64,000 nucleotides of DNA from an uncultured cyanobacterium (lineage in GTDB: Bacteria; Cyanobacteriota; Cyanobacteriia; Cyanobacteriales; CAWUOF01): contig CAVUSO010000001.1 of NCBI GenBank assembly GCA_963744145.1, forward strand, positions 2,208,001-2,272,000. The letters run 5' to 3'. Shown one piece after another: positions 53,844 through 63,999 of the stretch. The translations under genes and the position numbers were made by a program. Each line of letters starts with the position of its first letter. Within the stretch, counting starts at the first letter, position 1. The notes beneath the pieces are model-generated. The model was given only the letters and a program-made list of their open reading frames with translations, was not told the DNA's origin and searched no databases.

Positions 53844-56744
53844 ATGGATGAAAATATGACTAATCATGATCTAAGTAATGTATCCATGCTCGATTTATTT
53901 CGCATGGAAGTAGAAGCACAAGCAACGATTCTCAATGATAATTTGTTAGTGCTGGAGACTAACCCAAAAGCAGCAAACGAATTAGAAGCTTTAATGCGTG
54001 CATCACATTCAATTAAAGGAGCAGCTCGGATCGTATCACTAGATTTAGCAGTCCAAATCGCACATTTAATGGAAGACTGTTTTGTCGCAGCTCAAACAGG
54101 TGCGATCGCGATTGATGCTGCTGACAAAATTGATGTATTATTACAAGGAGTTGATCTGCTGCTGCGGATTTCCCAAACCCCACCGCATGAAATTGAAGCT
54201 TGGACAACCACCCATCAAATCGAGTTTGACAATTTAGTGACAGCGATATCGGCAATTTTAACCACAGAAAAACCAGCAATTAAAACTGAATATTTTGCTC
54301 TAGAAGAGAGAGTTAATGAACCTGATCAACCAGAAAATTTATCTGCTCCCACTCCTGACCATCTACCTGAACAAGAACCAACTTTACTGGAACAATCTCC
54401 CGATCGAGATTTATCAATGCTAGGATTATTTCGGACAGAACTAGTAGCACAGATTACCTTGATCCATAACTGTTTTGTTCAACTTAAAAATCACCAAAAT
54501 GTAGAAGAGATCAAAATTGAATCCTTAATTGCAGCAGTAAACTTAATTAAGGGTGCTGCGATGATCGTTAAACTAACCGGAGTGATCAATATTAGTCGGA
54601 AATTACAAGAGAGATTTCTGACTATTCAAGAAAAAAATATTTCTTTAAGTCTAGCAGAAATTGATGATTTAATTCCCGCTATTGATTTATTATTAAATCT
54701 AGCCGAAGTACCAGAAAATGACCTAGATAATTGGTTATTTGAACATCATAATGAAATTGAGAATATAGTTGCATTGATTAGAAATAAACCTGAAAATAAT
54801 CAAATAAATATAGCCGGAGAAATAACTCCTCATCCACCATCATTAATAATTAATTCAGCTCCTCATGAACAGCAATTATCTAATCTTAATCAAACGCTGC
54901 AATCAACAGCTAAAAGTTTAGTAGAACCAGGATCTACTATCACCAAAAGTGCAATTTCATCTACTCATAAACAACCAGATAAAAATCTAGTAAATCACCA
55001 AGAATCATCTCATCGCGTTGTGCGGGTCAGTGCAGAGAACTTAAATCGTTTAATGGGATTAGCTGGTGAATCTTTATTAGAAGCAAACTGGTTACAACCG
55101 TTTGCTGATTCTTTATTTAAACTGAGAAAACAACAAAGAGAACTGTATAATTTAATTGAAAAATTGCAAGAATCTTTAAGCGGATTACCTTTAAGTTCAC
55201 GAACTGAAAATTATCTTAAAGCGACTAGAAAAAAAGCAAGTGAATGTGGTTATATATTGACCGATCGGCTCAATGAATTAGAACTTTTTTCTCGTCGTTC
55301 TGCTAATCTTTCTGACCGTCTTTACCGAGAAGTTATTGCTAGTCATATGCGTCCTTTTGCTGATGGAGTCCAAGGTTTTCCCCGGATGATGCGAGATTTA
55401 GCTAGACAGTTAGGTAAACAAGTCAAGTTTGAAATTATTGGTAAATCAACGCAAGTTGATCGGGATATTTTAGAAAAATTAGAAGCACCCCTTACTCATA
55501 TTTTGCGGAATGCGATCGATCATGGAATTGAATCTCCCCACGATCGCGTTCTTGCAGAAAAACCTCCAGAAGGTACGGTACGTTTAGAAGCTTTTCATCG
55601 AGCAGGAATGTTATCAATTACAGTTACCGATGATGGAAAAGGAGTGGAATTAGAACGACTCCGTCAAAAAATTATTAGTAAGGGAATGTTAACGATAGAA
55701 ATGGCTAATCGTTTGACGGAACCGGAACTAATGGAGTTTTTATTTTTGCCAGGATTTTCTACAGCTAGTAAGGTTACAGATGTTTCCGGTCGTGGGGTAG
55801 GATTAGATATAGTTCAGAACATGATCCAGGAAGTAGGAGGTCAGTTACGAGCAATATCTAAACCAGGACAAGGAATGATTTTTCATTTACAATTACCCCT
55901 CACTTTATCCGTAATTCGGACACTTTTAGTCGAAATAGCGGGAGAACCTTATGCTTTTCCACTGACAAGGATTGTCCGGATTGTGATGGTGAAACGGACT
56001 GAAATTCAGATGGTGGAAAATCGCCAATATTTTACTCTTGATCAGCAAAATATTGGGTTAGTCGCTGCACATCAAGCTTTGAGATTAACCGAAACTTCCT
56101 TTCCAGGAGAAGTTTTGCCCACCGTGGTAGTTAGCGATCGCGGCTCAAAGTATGGTTTAGTAGTAGATCGACTCCTAGGTGAACGAGATTTAGTAGTTAG
56201 ACCTTTAGATTCGCGGTTAGGAAAATTACCAAACTTTAGTGCGACAGCTTTAATGGAAAATGGTTCTCCCCTGTTAATTATTGATGTTGATGATTTAGTG
56301 CGATCGATTTATAAATTGTTGCATGAAGAAGAATTAACCAAGGTTAGTCAAACTTTGCCGATTTCTGGTAATCGAAAATCGGTTTTAGTTGTGGATGACT
56401 CTATGACTGTGCGGGAAGTGGAACGTAAATTATTGGAAAATTGGGGCTATCAAGTTGAAATTGCTGTGGATGGAATGGATGCTTGGAATGCAGTCCGAAG
56501 TAATAATTATGATTTAGTCATTACTGATGTTGATATGCCCCGCATGAATGGGATTGAGTTAGTGAGGAGGATTAAAAATAGTGATCATCTCAAGGATTTA
56601 CCAGTTATGATTGTTTCTTATAAAGATCGAGAAGAAGATCGGATTCGCGGTTTAGATATGGGTGCTGATTATTATTTAACTAAAAGTAGTTTTCAAGATG
56701 ATAGTTTTTTAAATGCTGTGATTGCTCTAATTGGGGAAAGTTAG
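53844..56744 (+). CDS. cheA: CheA-REC hybrid kinase (WspE-type) with two Hpt-like domains
   Basis: MRASHSIKGAAR Hpt, HILRNAIDHGIE, DDGKG, PGFST, SGRGVGLD, CheW domain, REC (VVDDS, TDVDMP). Confidence 0.94.
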   Translation: MDENMTNHDLSNVSMLDLFRMEVEAQATILNDNLLVLETNPKAANELEALMRASHSIKGAARIVSLDLAVQIAHLMEDCFVAAQTGAIAIDAADKIDVLLQGVDLLLRISQTPPHEIEAWTTTHQIEFDNLVTAISAILTTEKPAIKTEYFALEERVNEPDQPENLSAPTPDHLPEQEPTLLEQSPDRDLSMLGLFRTELVAQITLIHNCFVQLKNHQNVEEIKIESLIAAVNLIKGAAMIVKLTGVINISRKLQERFLTIQEKNISLSLAEIDDLIPAIDLLLNLAEVPENDLDNWLFEHHNEIENIVALIRNKPENNQINIAGEITPHPPSLIINSAPHEQQLSNLNQTLQSTAKSLVEPGSTITKSAISSTHKQPDKNLVNHQESSHRVVRVSAENLNRLMGLAGESLLEANWLQPFADSLFKLRKQQRELYNLIEKLQESLSGLPLSSRTENYLKATRKKASECGYILTDRLNELELFSRRSANLSDRLYREVIASHMRPFADGVQGFPRMMRDLARQLGKQVKFEIIGKSTQVDRDILEKLEAPLTHILRNAIDHGIESPHDRVLAEKPPEGTVRLEAFHRAGMLSITVTDDGKGVELERLRQKIISKGMLTIEMANRLTEPELMEFLFLPGFSTASKVTDVSGRGVGLDIVQNMIQEVGGQLRAISKPGQGMIFHLQLPLTLSVIRTLLVEIAGEPYAFPLTRIVRIVMVKRTEIQMVENRQYFTLDQQNIGLVAAHQALRLTETSFPGEVLPTVVVSDRGSKYGLVVDRLLGERDLVVRPLDSRLGKLPNFSATALMENGSPLLIIDVDDLVRSIYKLLHEEELTKVSQTLPISGNRKSVLVVDDSMTVREVERKLLENWGYQVEIAVDGMDAWNAVRSNNYDLVITDVDMPRMNGIELVRRIKNSDHLKDLPVMIVSYKDREEDRIRGLDMGADYYLTKSSFQDDSFLNAVIALIGES

Positions 56745-56827
56745 GCGATAATAGATCAACGGGTAATCATAGATTTGAAAATTTATGATCTACGCCCCAT
56801 CATCCTTGACCCATTCCTAACCAGCCC

Positions 56828-57856
56828 ATGAGAATAGCTATTGTTAATGATATGTTAATCGCTGTAGAAGCTTTACGGCGAATTGTAGTGACAGTCCCAG
56901 ACTATGAAGTTGCTTGGATTGCTCGTGATGGTGCCGAAGCTGTGGTGAAATGTGCTAAAGATACCCCTGACTTGATTTTAATGGATTTGGTAATGCCAGG
57001 GATGGGTGGAGTTGAAGCAACTAAACAAATTATGCGGGATTCTCCCTGTGCTATCCTTATTGTCACTGCGACAGTTAGTGGTAATGCTTCTAAAGTTTTT
57101 GAAGCGATGGGATATGGAGCTTTAGATGCAGTTAATACACCCATTTTAGGTAGTGGGGGAAGTACGGAGGGTGGGGCAACTTTACTAGCCAAAATCGGGA
57201 CGATCGCGAAATTACTAGGGAAATCGAGTGGTAAAAAAAATCAACGGACAATGGATTTAGAACAACGTGGTGCTTTACCCCAAACTACTCCCCGTTTATT
57301 AGTAATTGGGTCTTCCACTGGTGGTCCACAAGCTCTAGCTAAGATTCTCTCTGGTTTTCCTAAAGATTTTAGTGCCGCAGTTGTGATTGTTCAGCATGTA
57401 GATGTGCAATTTGCCGCAGGTTTAGCAGAATGGTTAGATAGTCAAGCATCTTTACCAGTAAAGTTAGCGATCGCTGGTGATCATATCCAATGTGGAAAAG
57501 TTTTAATTGCGGCGAGTAATGACCATCTGGTGTTAACGTCTAATCTGACCCTGAAATATACTCCCGATCCGAGGGATTGTCCTTATCGTCCTTCGGTTGA
57601 TGCTTTTTTTAAAAGTATTGCTGAATATTGATCAAAAAAAGGCGTCGCAGTTTTATTAACTGGGATGGGTAAAGATGGAGCCCAAGGATTACAGACTTTA
57701 CGGGCTCATGGTTGGCACACGATCGCTCAGGATCAAGCTAGTTGCGTAGTTTATGGGATGCCAAAAGCTGCGGTGGAATTGGGAGCTGCGGTGGAAGTCT
57801 TACCGATTAGTGCGATCGCTTCAGCCTGTACTAAAAATATTCTCTCCTTACGTTAG
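56828..57856 (+). pseudogene. cheB: CheB methylesterase (WspF-type) with in-frame TGA at 57629-57631
   Basis: REC plus GSSTGG and VQH. The same frame continues after the TGA as [19 protein letters not shown]...[12 protein letters not shown]. Confidence 0.9.
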
Positions 57857-57957
57857 TTATCTGTAATCAGTCATCGGTAGAGTGTAGCATCTTCGGATTA
57901 AACCTGACTTCCTCGGGATGATCCTTGAGCTATCTTTACACTACTGAGTATGATATT

Positions 57958-59097
57958 ATGACTAATTTTGATGGTGAATCTACATCGGTTAATTCATCTT
58001 TAACAAATTATCCAATCACTGTACTGCTGATTGATGATCAGCCCATCATTGGTGAGGCGGTCCGACGGATGCTGGCTGAGGAAAAAGATATTACTTTTCA
58101 CTATTGTGATCATCCCGCTAATGCGATTACTAAGGCGATCGAAATCCAACCCACGGTGATTTTACAAGACTTAGTGATGCCAGATATTGATGGGTTGTTG
58201 TTATTGCGTTTTTTTCGGGTTAATGAGCGGACTCGCTATATTCCGATGATTGTGCTTTCGACCAAGGAAGAGCCAAAATTAAAAGCAGAAGCATTTGCTT
58301 TAGGTGCCAATGATTATTTAGTGAAATTACCGGATAAAGTTGAATTAATTGCTCGGATTCGGTATCATTCTAAGGCATATATTAATCTCTTGCAACGCAA
58401 TGAAGCTTATCAAAATATGCAAGATTATTTAGAAAAATTAGAAATTGAACAGGAAAAATCAGAACGGCTATTGCTGAATATTTTACCTAAACCGATCGCG
58501 GAGCGGTTGAAAAAAGGACAAAGTATTATTGCGGAAAGTTTTTCTGATGTGAGTATCCTGTTTGCTGATATTGTGGGGTTTACAGACCTTTCCGCTCGGA
58601 CTTCTCCGATCGCATTAGTGCATTTGCTCAATGAAATATTCTCCCAGTTTGATTTACTAGCTGATCAACATGGGTTAGAAAAAATTAAAACTATTGGTGA
58701 TGCTTATATGGTGGTTGGGGGATTACCAAAACCTCGACCAGATCATGCAGAAGCGATCGCGCAAATGGCAATTGATATTCAAGCGGCTATTCTTAATTTT
58801 CAACAACAGCATGATAACGATATTATGATTCGGATTGGGATTAATTCTGGTCCAGTTGTAGCGGGAATTATTGGGACTAGAAAATTTATTTATGATTTGT
58901 GGGGTGATACGGTCAATACAGCTAGTCGGATGGAATCTCATGGTATACCTAATCAGATTCATGTCACATCGGCAACTTATGAGTTATTGAAAGATAAATA
59001 TTTACTGGAAGAACGAGGTATAATTAAAGTCAAAGGTAAAGGGGAAATGTTAACTTATTTTTTGCATGGCAAGAAATTAAACGGGGAAAGGAGTTGA
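57958..59097 (+). CDS. WspR-type receiver fused to a class III adenylate cyclase
   Basis: PTVILQDLVMP...IVLSTKEEP...GANDYLVKLPD.VELIARIRYHS (WspR-like); FADIVGFT, EKIKTIGDAYM, YDLWGDTVNTASRMES. Confidence 0.92.
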   Translation: MTNFDGESTSVNSSLTNYPITVLLIDDQPIIGEAVRRMLAEEKDITFHYCDHPANAITKAIEIQPTVILQDLVMPDIDGLLLLRFFRVNERTRYIPMIVLSTKEEPKLKAEAFALGANDYLVKLPDKVELIARIRYHSKAYINLLQRNEAYQNMQDYLEKLEIEQEKSERLLLNILPKPIAERLKKGQSIIAESFSDVSILFADIVGFTDLSARTSPIALVHLLNEIFSQFDLLADQHGLEKIKTIGDAYMVVGGLPKPRPDHAEAIAQMAIDIQAAILNFQQQHDNDIMIRIGINSGPVVAGIIGTRKFIYDLWGDTVNTASRMESHGIPNQIHVTSATYELLKDKYLLEERGIIKVKGKGEMLTYFLHGKKLNGERS

Positions 59098-59104
59098 AAA
59101 GAAT

Positions 59105-59866
59105 ATGGGGCCATTTATTACGATGTTTTTAGCTTTCTGTTCATATTTATTAATTGCAGGAGTAAAACTGGATAAAGAATATCAACGGGGAGTAATATTT
59201 CGTCTAGGAAGAATCAGTGCCCTTCGTGGGCCAGGTCTCTACTGGATTATTCCCATCATTGATCAAAAAACCCAGATTGATATTCGGACTAAAACCGTCA
59301 GCATTGAACCACAAGAAACCGTAACTGCGGATAGTGTTACGATCAAAGTAAATGCAGTGCTTTACTATCGAATTACTGATCCGACAGCAGCGATCAATAA
59401 AGTAGAAAACTATCAGATGGCTGTTTATCAGACTGCGCTAACTACTCTCCGCAATGTGGTTGGTCAAAATATTTTAGATGATGTGTTGCAAAATCGCACT
59501 AAAATTAATAACCAAGTTCAAGTGATCGTCGATGAAGTAACAGAAAATTGGGGAGTTGTGATTGAAAGGGTAGAAATTAAGGATGTGGAAATACCCCCAT
59601 CGATGCAACGAGCAATGGCTAAAGAAGCTGAAGCAATCCGAGAAAAACGGGCGCGGATTATTAAAGCTTCGGCTGAACAAGAAGCTTCTATGAAATTATC
59701 TCAAGCTGCTCAAACAATTATGGAAAATCCCGCAGCTTTAGAATTACGTCGCTTACAAATGTTAACGGAAATTGGAGCTGAGAATAATACTACAACTGTG
59801 GTAATGTTGCCTTCAGATTTTCTGAGTGTAGCCCGAAAATTTTCTGATTCTTTGCCAGAAAAATAG
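59105..59866 (+). CDS. SPFH / band-7 (stomatin-like) protein
   Basis: EYQRGVIFRLGR, GPGLYWIIP, TTLRNVVG, ERVEIKDV, QRAMAKEAEA.REKRA. Confidence 0.93.
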   Translation: MGPFITMFLAFCSYLLIAGVKLDKEYQRGVIFRLGRISALRGPGLYWIIPIIDQKTQIDIRTKTVSIEPQETVTADSVTIKVNAVLYYRITDPTAAINKVENYQMAVYQTALTTLRNVVGQNILDDVLQNRTKINNQVQVIVDEVTENWGVVIERVEIKDVEIPPSMQRAMAKEAEAIREKRARIIKASAEQEASMKLSQAAQTIMENPAALELRRLQMLTEIGAENNTTTVVMLPSDFLSVARKFSDSLPEK

Positions 59867-59888
59867 GTTGATCAAGTGAAATCCGATC

Positions 59889-61268
59889 GTGAAACAACAA
59901 AAGAAAGAAAAGTCAGAAAAAAATCGCCAGCGCGAGGGTGAAATTAAACCAGAGTCACCCTTAATAAAAACTCTAAATCAAGAGCAAAAGCTAGCTCTAA
60001 CTGCGATGCAGGAATTCCGAGCATCTGAGCAAAGTTTTTTCTTACTTGAGGGTTATGCAGGTACGGGTAAAACAACTACTATTCAAGCATTTATCCATGA
60101 TTTGCAAGCTAAAAATCAGCGAATATTGATAGCTTGCTGTGCCCCTACTAACAAAGCAGTGAAGGTATTACAACGCACAGCAAATAAATGGGGAATCCAT
60201 CGTATCGATTTTGCTACTGTCTATCAATTACTAGGTTTGACATTAGAATTTGATGATGATGGTGGAAAGGTATTGAAGGAAGGAAAAGACTCTAATCTGA
60301 ATAAATATGACTTAATTATTCTCGATGAAGCATCAATGGTTTCGCGCAATCTTTGGGAATTACTTCAGGATGCAGCACCGAGAAGAAAGACGAAGATAAT
60401 TATGTTAGGAGACCCGGCCCAATTACCCCCAGTGAATGAACCAAGTTCTGTGATATTTGATGAGAATATATCTAGAACTAAGTTAACTGAAGTGATGCGA
60501 TGTGCTGGTTCTAATCCCATTATTGATTTAATTGATGCAGCTAGAGAGAAGGTATTTGATCCTAATAAAATTATTAACTTGGAAAGTAATTTTCTGGCTG
60601 ATCAATCCCAAGGAGTTTGGGTATTTAATCGATCGATGTGGTTAGAGAATATGGTCAAAGCTTTCCAATCCCCACGTTGGCAAAAAGATCCTGATTATGT
60701 TAGAGCGATCGCCTGGACTAATAGATGTGTTGATGGATTGAATGCTTATATTCGTAACGCTCTCTATGAAACCAAGGAACCTTTTATTGTGGGGGAAAGA
60801 TTAATAGCTAGGGATACCATATTCAACCCTTTTAGTGAAGATGAGATAATCATGCCTAATAGTACAGAATGTGAAGTAACTAATCTGCGCTATGGTACTG
60901 ATAAAGAGTATAATGTTTGGCATCTTCATGTCCTTGATGAAGAAGGTAATTCCCATCGTTTGATGGTATTAGATGAATCATCTAAACCTGCGTTTGATGC
61001 TACCCTAAAACAACTGGCTCACGAAGCTTATATCAAAAAAGCTATGGGGGAAAAGAAACCCTGGAAAGATTATTGGGCATTACGCAATCGTTATGCTTAT
61101 GTAAGTTATGCTTATGCTCTCACTTCCCATAAATCTCAAGGTTCGACATTTACCAATGTGTTTGTTGCTCAAAACGATATTCTGAGAAATCCCAATCTGG
61201 TTGAGAAATATCAAAGCTTGTATGTAGCGTATTCACGAGCTTCCGATCGGTTGATTGTTAATTATTAA
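59889..61268 (+). CDS. SF1B helicase, Dda/RecD-like
   Basis: GYAGTGKT, APTNKA, LDEASM, GDPAQLPPV, LTEVMR, ALTSHKSQGSTF, LYVAYSRA. Confidence 0.9.
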   Translation: MKQQKKEKSEKNRQREGEIKPESPLIKTLNQEQKLALTAMQEFRASEQSFFLLEGYAGTGKTTTIQAFIHDLQAKNQRILIACCAPTNKAVKVLQRTANKWGIHRIDFATVYQLLGLTLEFDDDGGKVLKEGKDSNLNKYDLIILDEASMVSRNLWELLQDAAPRRKTKIIMLGDPAQLPPVNEPSSVIFDENISRTKLTEVMRCAGSNPIIDLIDAAREKVFDPNKIINLESNFLADQSQGVWVFNRSMWLENMVKAFQSPRWQKDPDYVRAIAWTNRCVDGLNAYIRNALYETKEPFIVGERLIARDTIFNPFSEDEIIMPNSTECEVTNLRYGTDKEYNVWHLHVLDEEGNSHRLMVLDESSKPAFDATLKQLAHEAYIKKAMGEKKPWKDYWALRNRYAYVSYAYALTSHKSQGSTFTNVFVAQNDILRNPNLVEKYQSLYVAYSRASDRLIVNY

Positions 61269-61279
61269 GTAGAAGAAGG

Positions 61280-61485
61280 GTTTACCCTGAGTGTTCCCTG
61301 AGTTTACCCTGAGTTTACCCTGAGCGTAGTCGAAGGGCGTAGTCGAAGGGCGTAGTCGAAGGGCGGAGTCGAAGGGTGAAGCATTCGGATATAATATTAC
61401 TGCCCTTCGGCTACGCTCAGGGTAAAGTTTGATCATTCAATTGTCGCCCGAATGCTTCACCCCTACACTTAACTGAACCGTATTG
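61280..61485. repeat. Composite REP knot with 11-bp and 13-bp tandem arrays and interleaved inverted repeats
   Basis: gtttaccctga x4 (61280-61323), cgtagtcgaaggg x4 (61325-61376), partner cccttcggctacgctcagggtaaa (61403-61426), REPIN arms 61374-61388 / 61448-61462. Confidence 0.85.
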
Positions 61486-61488
61486 GAT

Positions 61489-63999
61489 TTAAACTAAAAT
61501 AAAATCCGTGGATTTCAAAGTAGTAGCTTGCACTCCTAATAAGGTAGCTAATAACTCATTGGTAGCTTTTACCTTAATTAGGGTATCTTGATTGCTCTGG
61601 ATGAAGGATAACTGGCTAAATTGTAATCCACCTTTCAAGCATAACAAATCTTCGTACTGGGTAAAATCTGTAATTACATCAGCTCCAGAACTTCCTTGGA
61701 TAATAAATTTATCGCGTCCCGGTCCACCAGTTAGGGTATCATTTCCTAGATCACCGCTGAGAACATCATCTCCATCACCACCAATGAGGATATCATCACC
61801 TTTACCACCATAAAGGGTATCATTTCCGCTGTCACCATAGAGAGTATCATTGCCTTCATTACCATAGATTAAATCATTACCATTTCCTCCATATAATAAA
61901 TCTTGTTCATTATTAGAGTCACTCGAAATAGAACTCCCATTACCACCAAATAAAGTATCATTCCCATCGCAACCACAGATGGTATCATTACCTCGATCGC
62001 CATACAGTAAATCATCCCCAGCATCACCTTCAACAATATCATCACCTTGACCAGCATGAATGGTATCATTACCATCACCTCCCGATAGAGAATCATTACC
62101 TTGATTACCAAAAAGTAAGTCATCTCCAGCACCACCATAAATTAAATCGTCTCCCGTCAGATCCGGATTGGTTGGATCGCTCGTACCACCATAAATCGTA
62201 TCGTTCCCCAAATCACCTAATAAAGTATCATTACCAAGATCGCCAAAAATTAAATCATTATCTTTACCACCGTTAACAACATCATTTCCTTGACCCGCGT
62301 AGATCAGATCATTACCTTCACCACCATTAATATAATCATTACCTTGATTACCATAAATCGTATCTTGGTCAAGATTAGAATTAACAGGAGTCAAACTTCC
62401 GACTCCACCATAAATAGCATCATTTCCATCTCCACCGATTAATAAATCATTCCCTTGATAACCCCGAATTTCATCATTACTATTAGTACCAATCAGAGTA
62501 TCATTATTTACCGTACCTAATATTTGATTGTCGGTGGAAATTGTAGGACTTGTACCAATATAGGTACTGATGGAAGCAGAATTATTACTCGTAACTGGAT
62601 CAATTACAGCTAAATTTGTGAGGGAATCAAGAACAGGATTAGGTGCAACGGTGACAGTATTAGTAATATTAATTCCCCCAACAGGTAGCAAGTTCATATC
62701 GCAACCAGTGGGAAAATCTATTGTACCGCTAATGGTTAGTCCTGCTTGGGAACCTGGACCAAGATTAATATCACTCCATTCACCATTTGAATTATTATAA
62801 TTACCGCTAGATGCTGTAAAGGTCGGATCAGGAATTTCGCTCGGTACAATATCTGCAAGATTGATATTTGCGATCGAGTCAGTAGTGCTATAATTAGTAA
62901 CAGTAATTTGATAGGAAATCGGATCACCTAGCATCGCATAAGCAGGGGCGCTAATATTTACCCCTAAATCAATAGTAGGAGGAGTAGAGCTATATTCAAA
63001 AGCACCAATATCTATAGTATTACCAACCTTTCTGGGGAAAGGTAAACCACGCTGATCACTGGTGGGAGAAGTAGCTACAGGATTTTTACCAGTATCGATC
63101 GCTTTTGAACCAGTAACTAATGCTTGAGTTTGGGTTAGTCCACCGTTATTAGCTAAGGGAGAAAGAATCGTGTTAATCGGTCCTGAAAAAGTAATATCGC
63201 TGGCAATTCCTGATGAAAAAATACCCCCATTACTGTTTTGTCCAAACAGGTTATTACCTTGGGATAAAATTAGTCCATTGCTATTAAATTCAGAATTATT
63301 AGTGGCAGTATCACCAGCAATAATACTGCTACTAATACTAAATTTAGCGTTACTGTTTGCATTACTTTTTTGATACAAACCTCCACCATTAATTGCAGAA
63401 TTACCACTAATGGTACTATGATTTATACTGACAGTACCAAATGCCTCATTATAAATACCGCCACCAAAGTTAGCATTATTACCACTAATTGTGCTGTTAA
63501 CTATAGTTGCGGTTGTGAGGTTGTTAATAGCACCAGCAAAGCTAGCGTTATTACCACTGATGGTACTGTTAGTAAGGGTTAGTGTGCCACCGTTGTTGTT
63601 AATTGCACCACCAGTCACTCCTAAATTATTGCTAATAGTGCTGTTATTTATGTTGACTACGCTGTTTGTGGATATCCCACCTCCAAAATGAGCAGAATTG
63701 GCATTAATGGTACTATTATTTAAAGTCAAAGTTCCAGTATTGTTACTGGAAATACCACCACCATTATTTCCAGCCGAATTATTACTTATAGTGCTATTGG
63801 TGAGGCTCAATGTGCCTTGATTGTTATATGCACCAGCACCCTTGCCATTTGTGCCAGTATTATTATGAATAATGCTATTAGTTACAGTTATATTTCCATA
63901 TCTGTTATAAATCCCACCACCATCAGTCTTAACAGAATTGCCACTAATAGTGCTGTTAGTAATATTAAGGGTGCTGCTAGTGTTATAAATCCCACCACC
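61489..63999 (-). CDS. Large secreted Ca-binding RTX-repeat protein with beta-helix (GGGI.N) repeats and DUF11-like domain (5' partial)
   Basis: Frame is open to the window end. NSTISGN.A..GGGI repeats, DQRG..R...DIGAFE, DUF11-like segment, many GG.GND.L.G nonapeptides, type-I-secretion-like C-terminus. Confidence 0.9.
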   Translation of the reverse strand, partial: GGGIYNTSSTLNITNSTISGNSVKTDGGGIYNRYGNITVTNSIIHNNTGTNGKGAGAYNNQGTLSLTNSTISNNSAGNNGGGISSNNTGTLTLNNSTINANSAHFGGGISTNSVVNINNSTISNNLGVTGGAINNNGGTLTLTNSTISGNNASFAGAINNLTTATIVNSTISGNNANFGGGIYNEAFGTVSINHSTISGNSAINGGGLYQKSNANSNAKFSISSSIIAGDTATNNSEFNSNGLILSQGNNLFGQNSNGGIFSSGIASDITFSGPINTILSPLANNGGLTQTQALVTGSKAIDTGKNPVATSPTSDQRGLPFPRKVGNTIDIGAFEYSSTPPTIDLGVNISAPAYAMLGDPISYQITVTNYSTTDSIANINLADIVPSEIPDPTFTASSGNYNNSNGEWSDINLGPGSQAGLTISGTIDFPTGCDMNLLPVGGINITNTVTVAPNPVLDSLTNLAVIDPVTSNNSASISTYIGTSPTISTDNQILGTVNNDTLIGTNSNDEIRGYQGNDLLIGGDGNDAIYGGVGSLTPVNSNLDQDTIYGNQGNDYINGGEGNDLIYAGQGNDVVNGGKDNDLIFGDLGNDTLLGDLGNDTIYGGTSDPTNPDLTGDDLIYGGAGDDLLFGNQGNDSLSGGDGNDTIHAGQGDDIVEGDAGDDLLYGDRGNDTICGCDGNDTLFGGNGSSISSDSNNEQDLLYGGNGNDLIYGNEGNDTLYGDSGNDTLYGGKGDDILIGGDGDDVLSGDLGNDTLTGGPGRDKFIIQGSSGADVITDFTQYEDLLCLKGGLQFSQLSFIQSNQDTLIKVKATNELLATLLGVQATTLKSTDFILV

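Noticed and set aside
57629..57631. Selenocysteine or alternative genetic code at the cheB TGA
   Set aside because: The position is not a catalytic Cys site, and TGA terminates several other intact genes here (for example susB and rcaD).
61280..61376. Possible CRISPR array
   Set aside because: Units are 11-13 bp head-to-tail with no spacers, and no cas genes are in the window.
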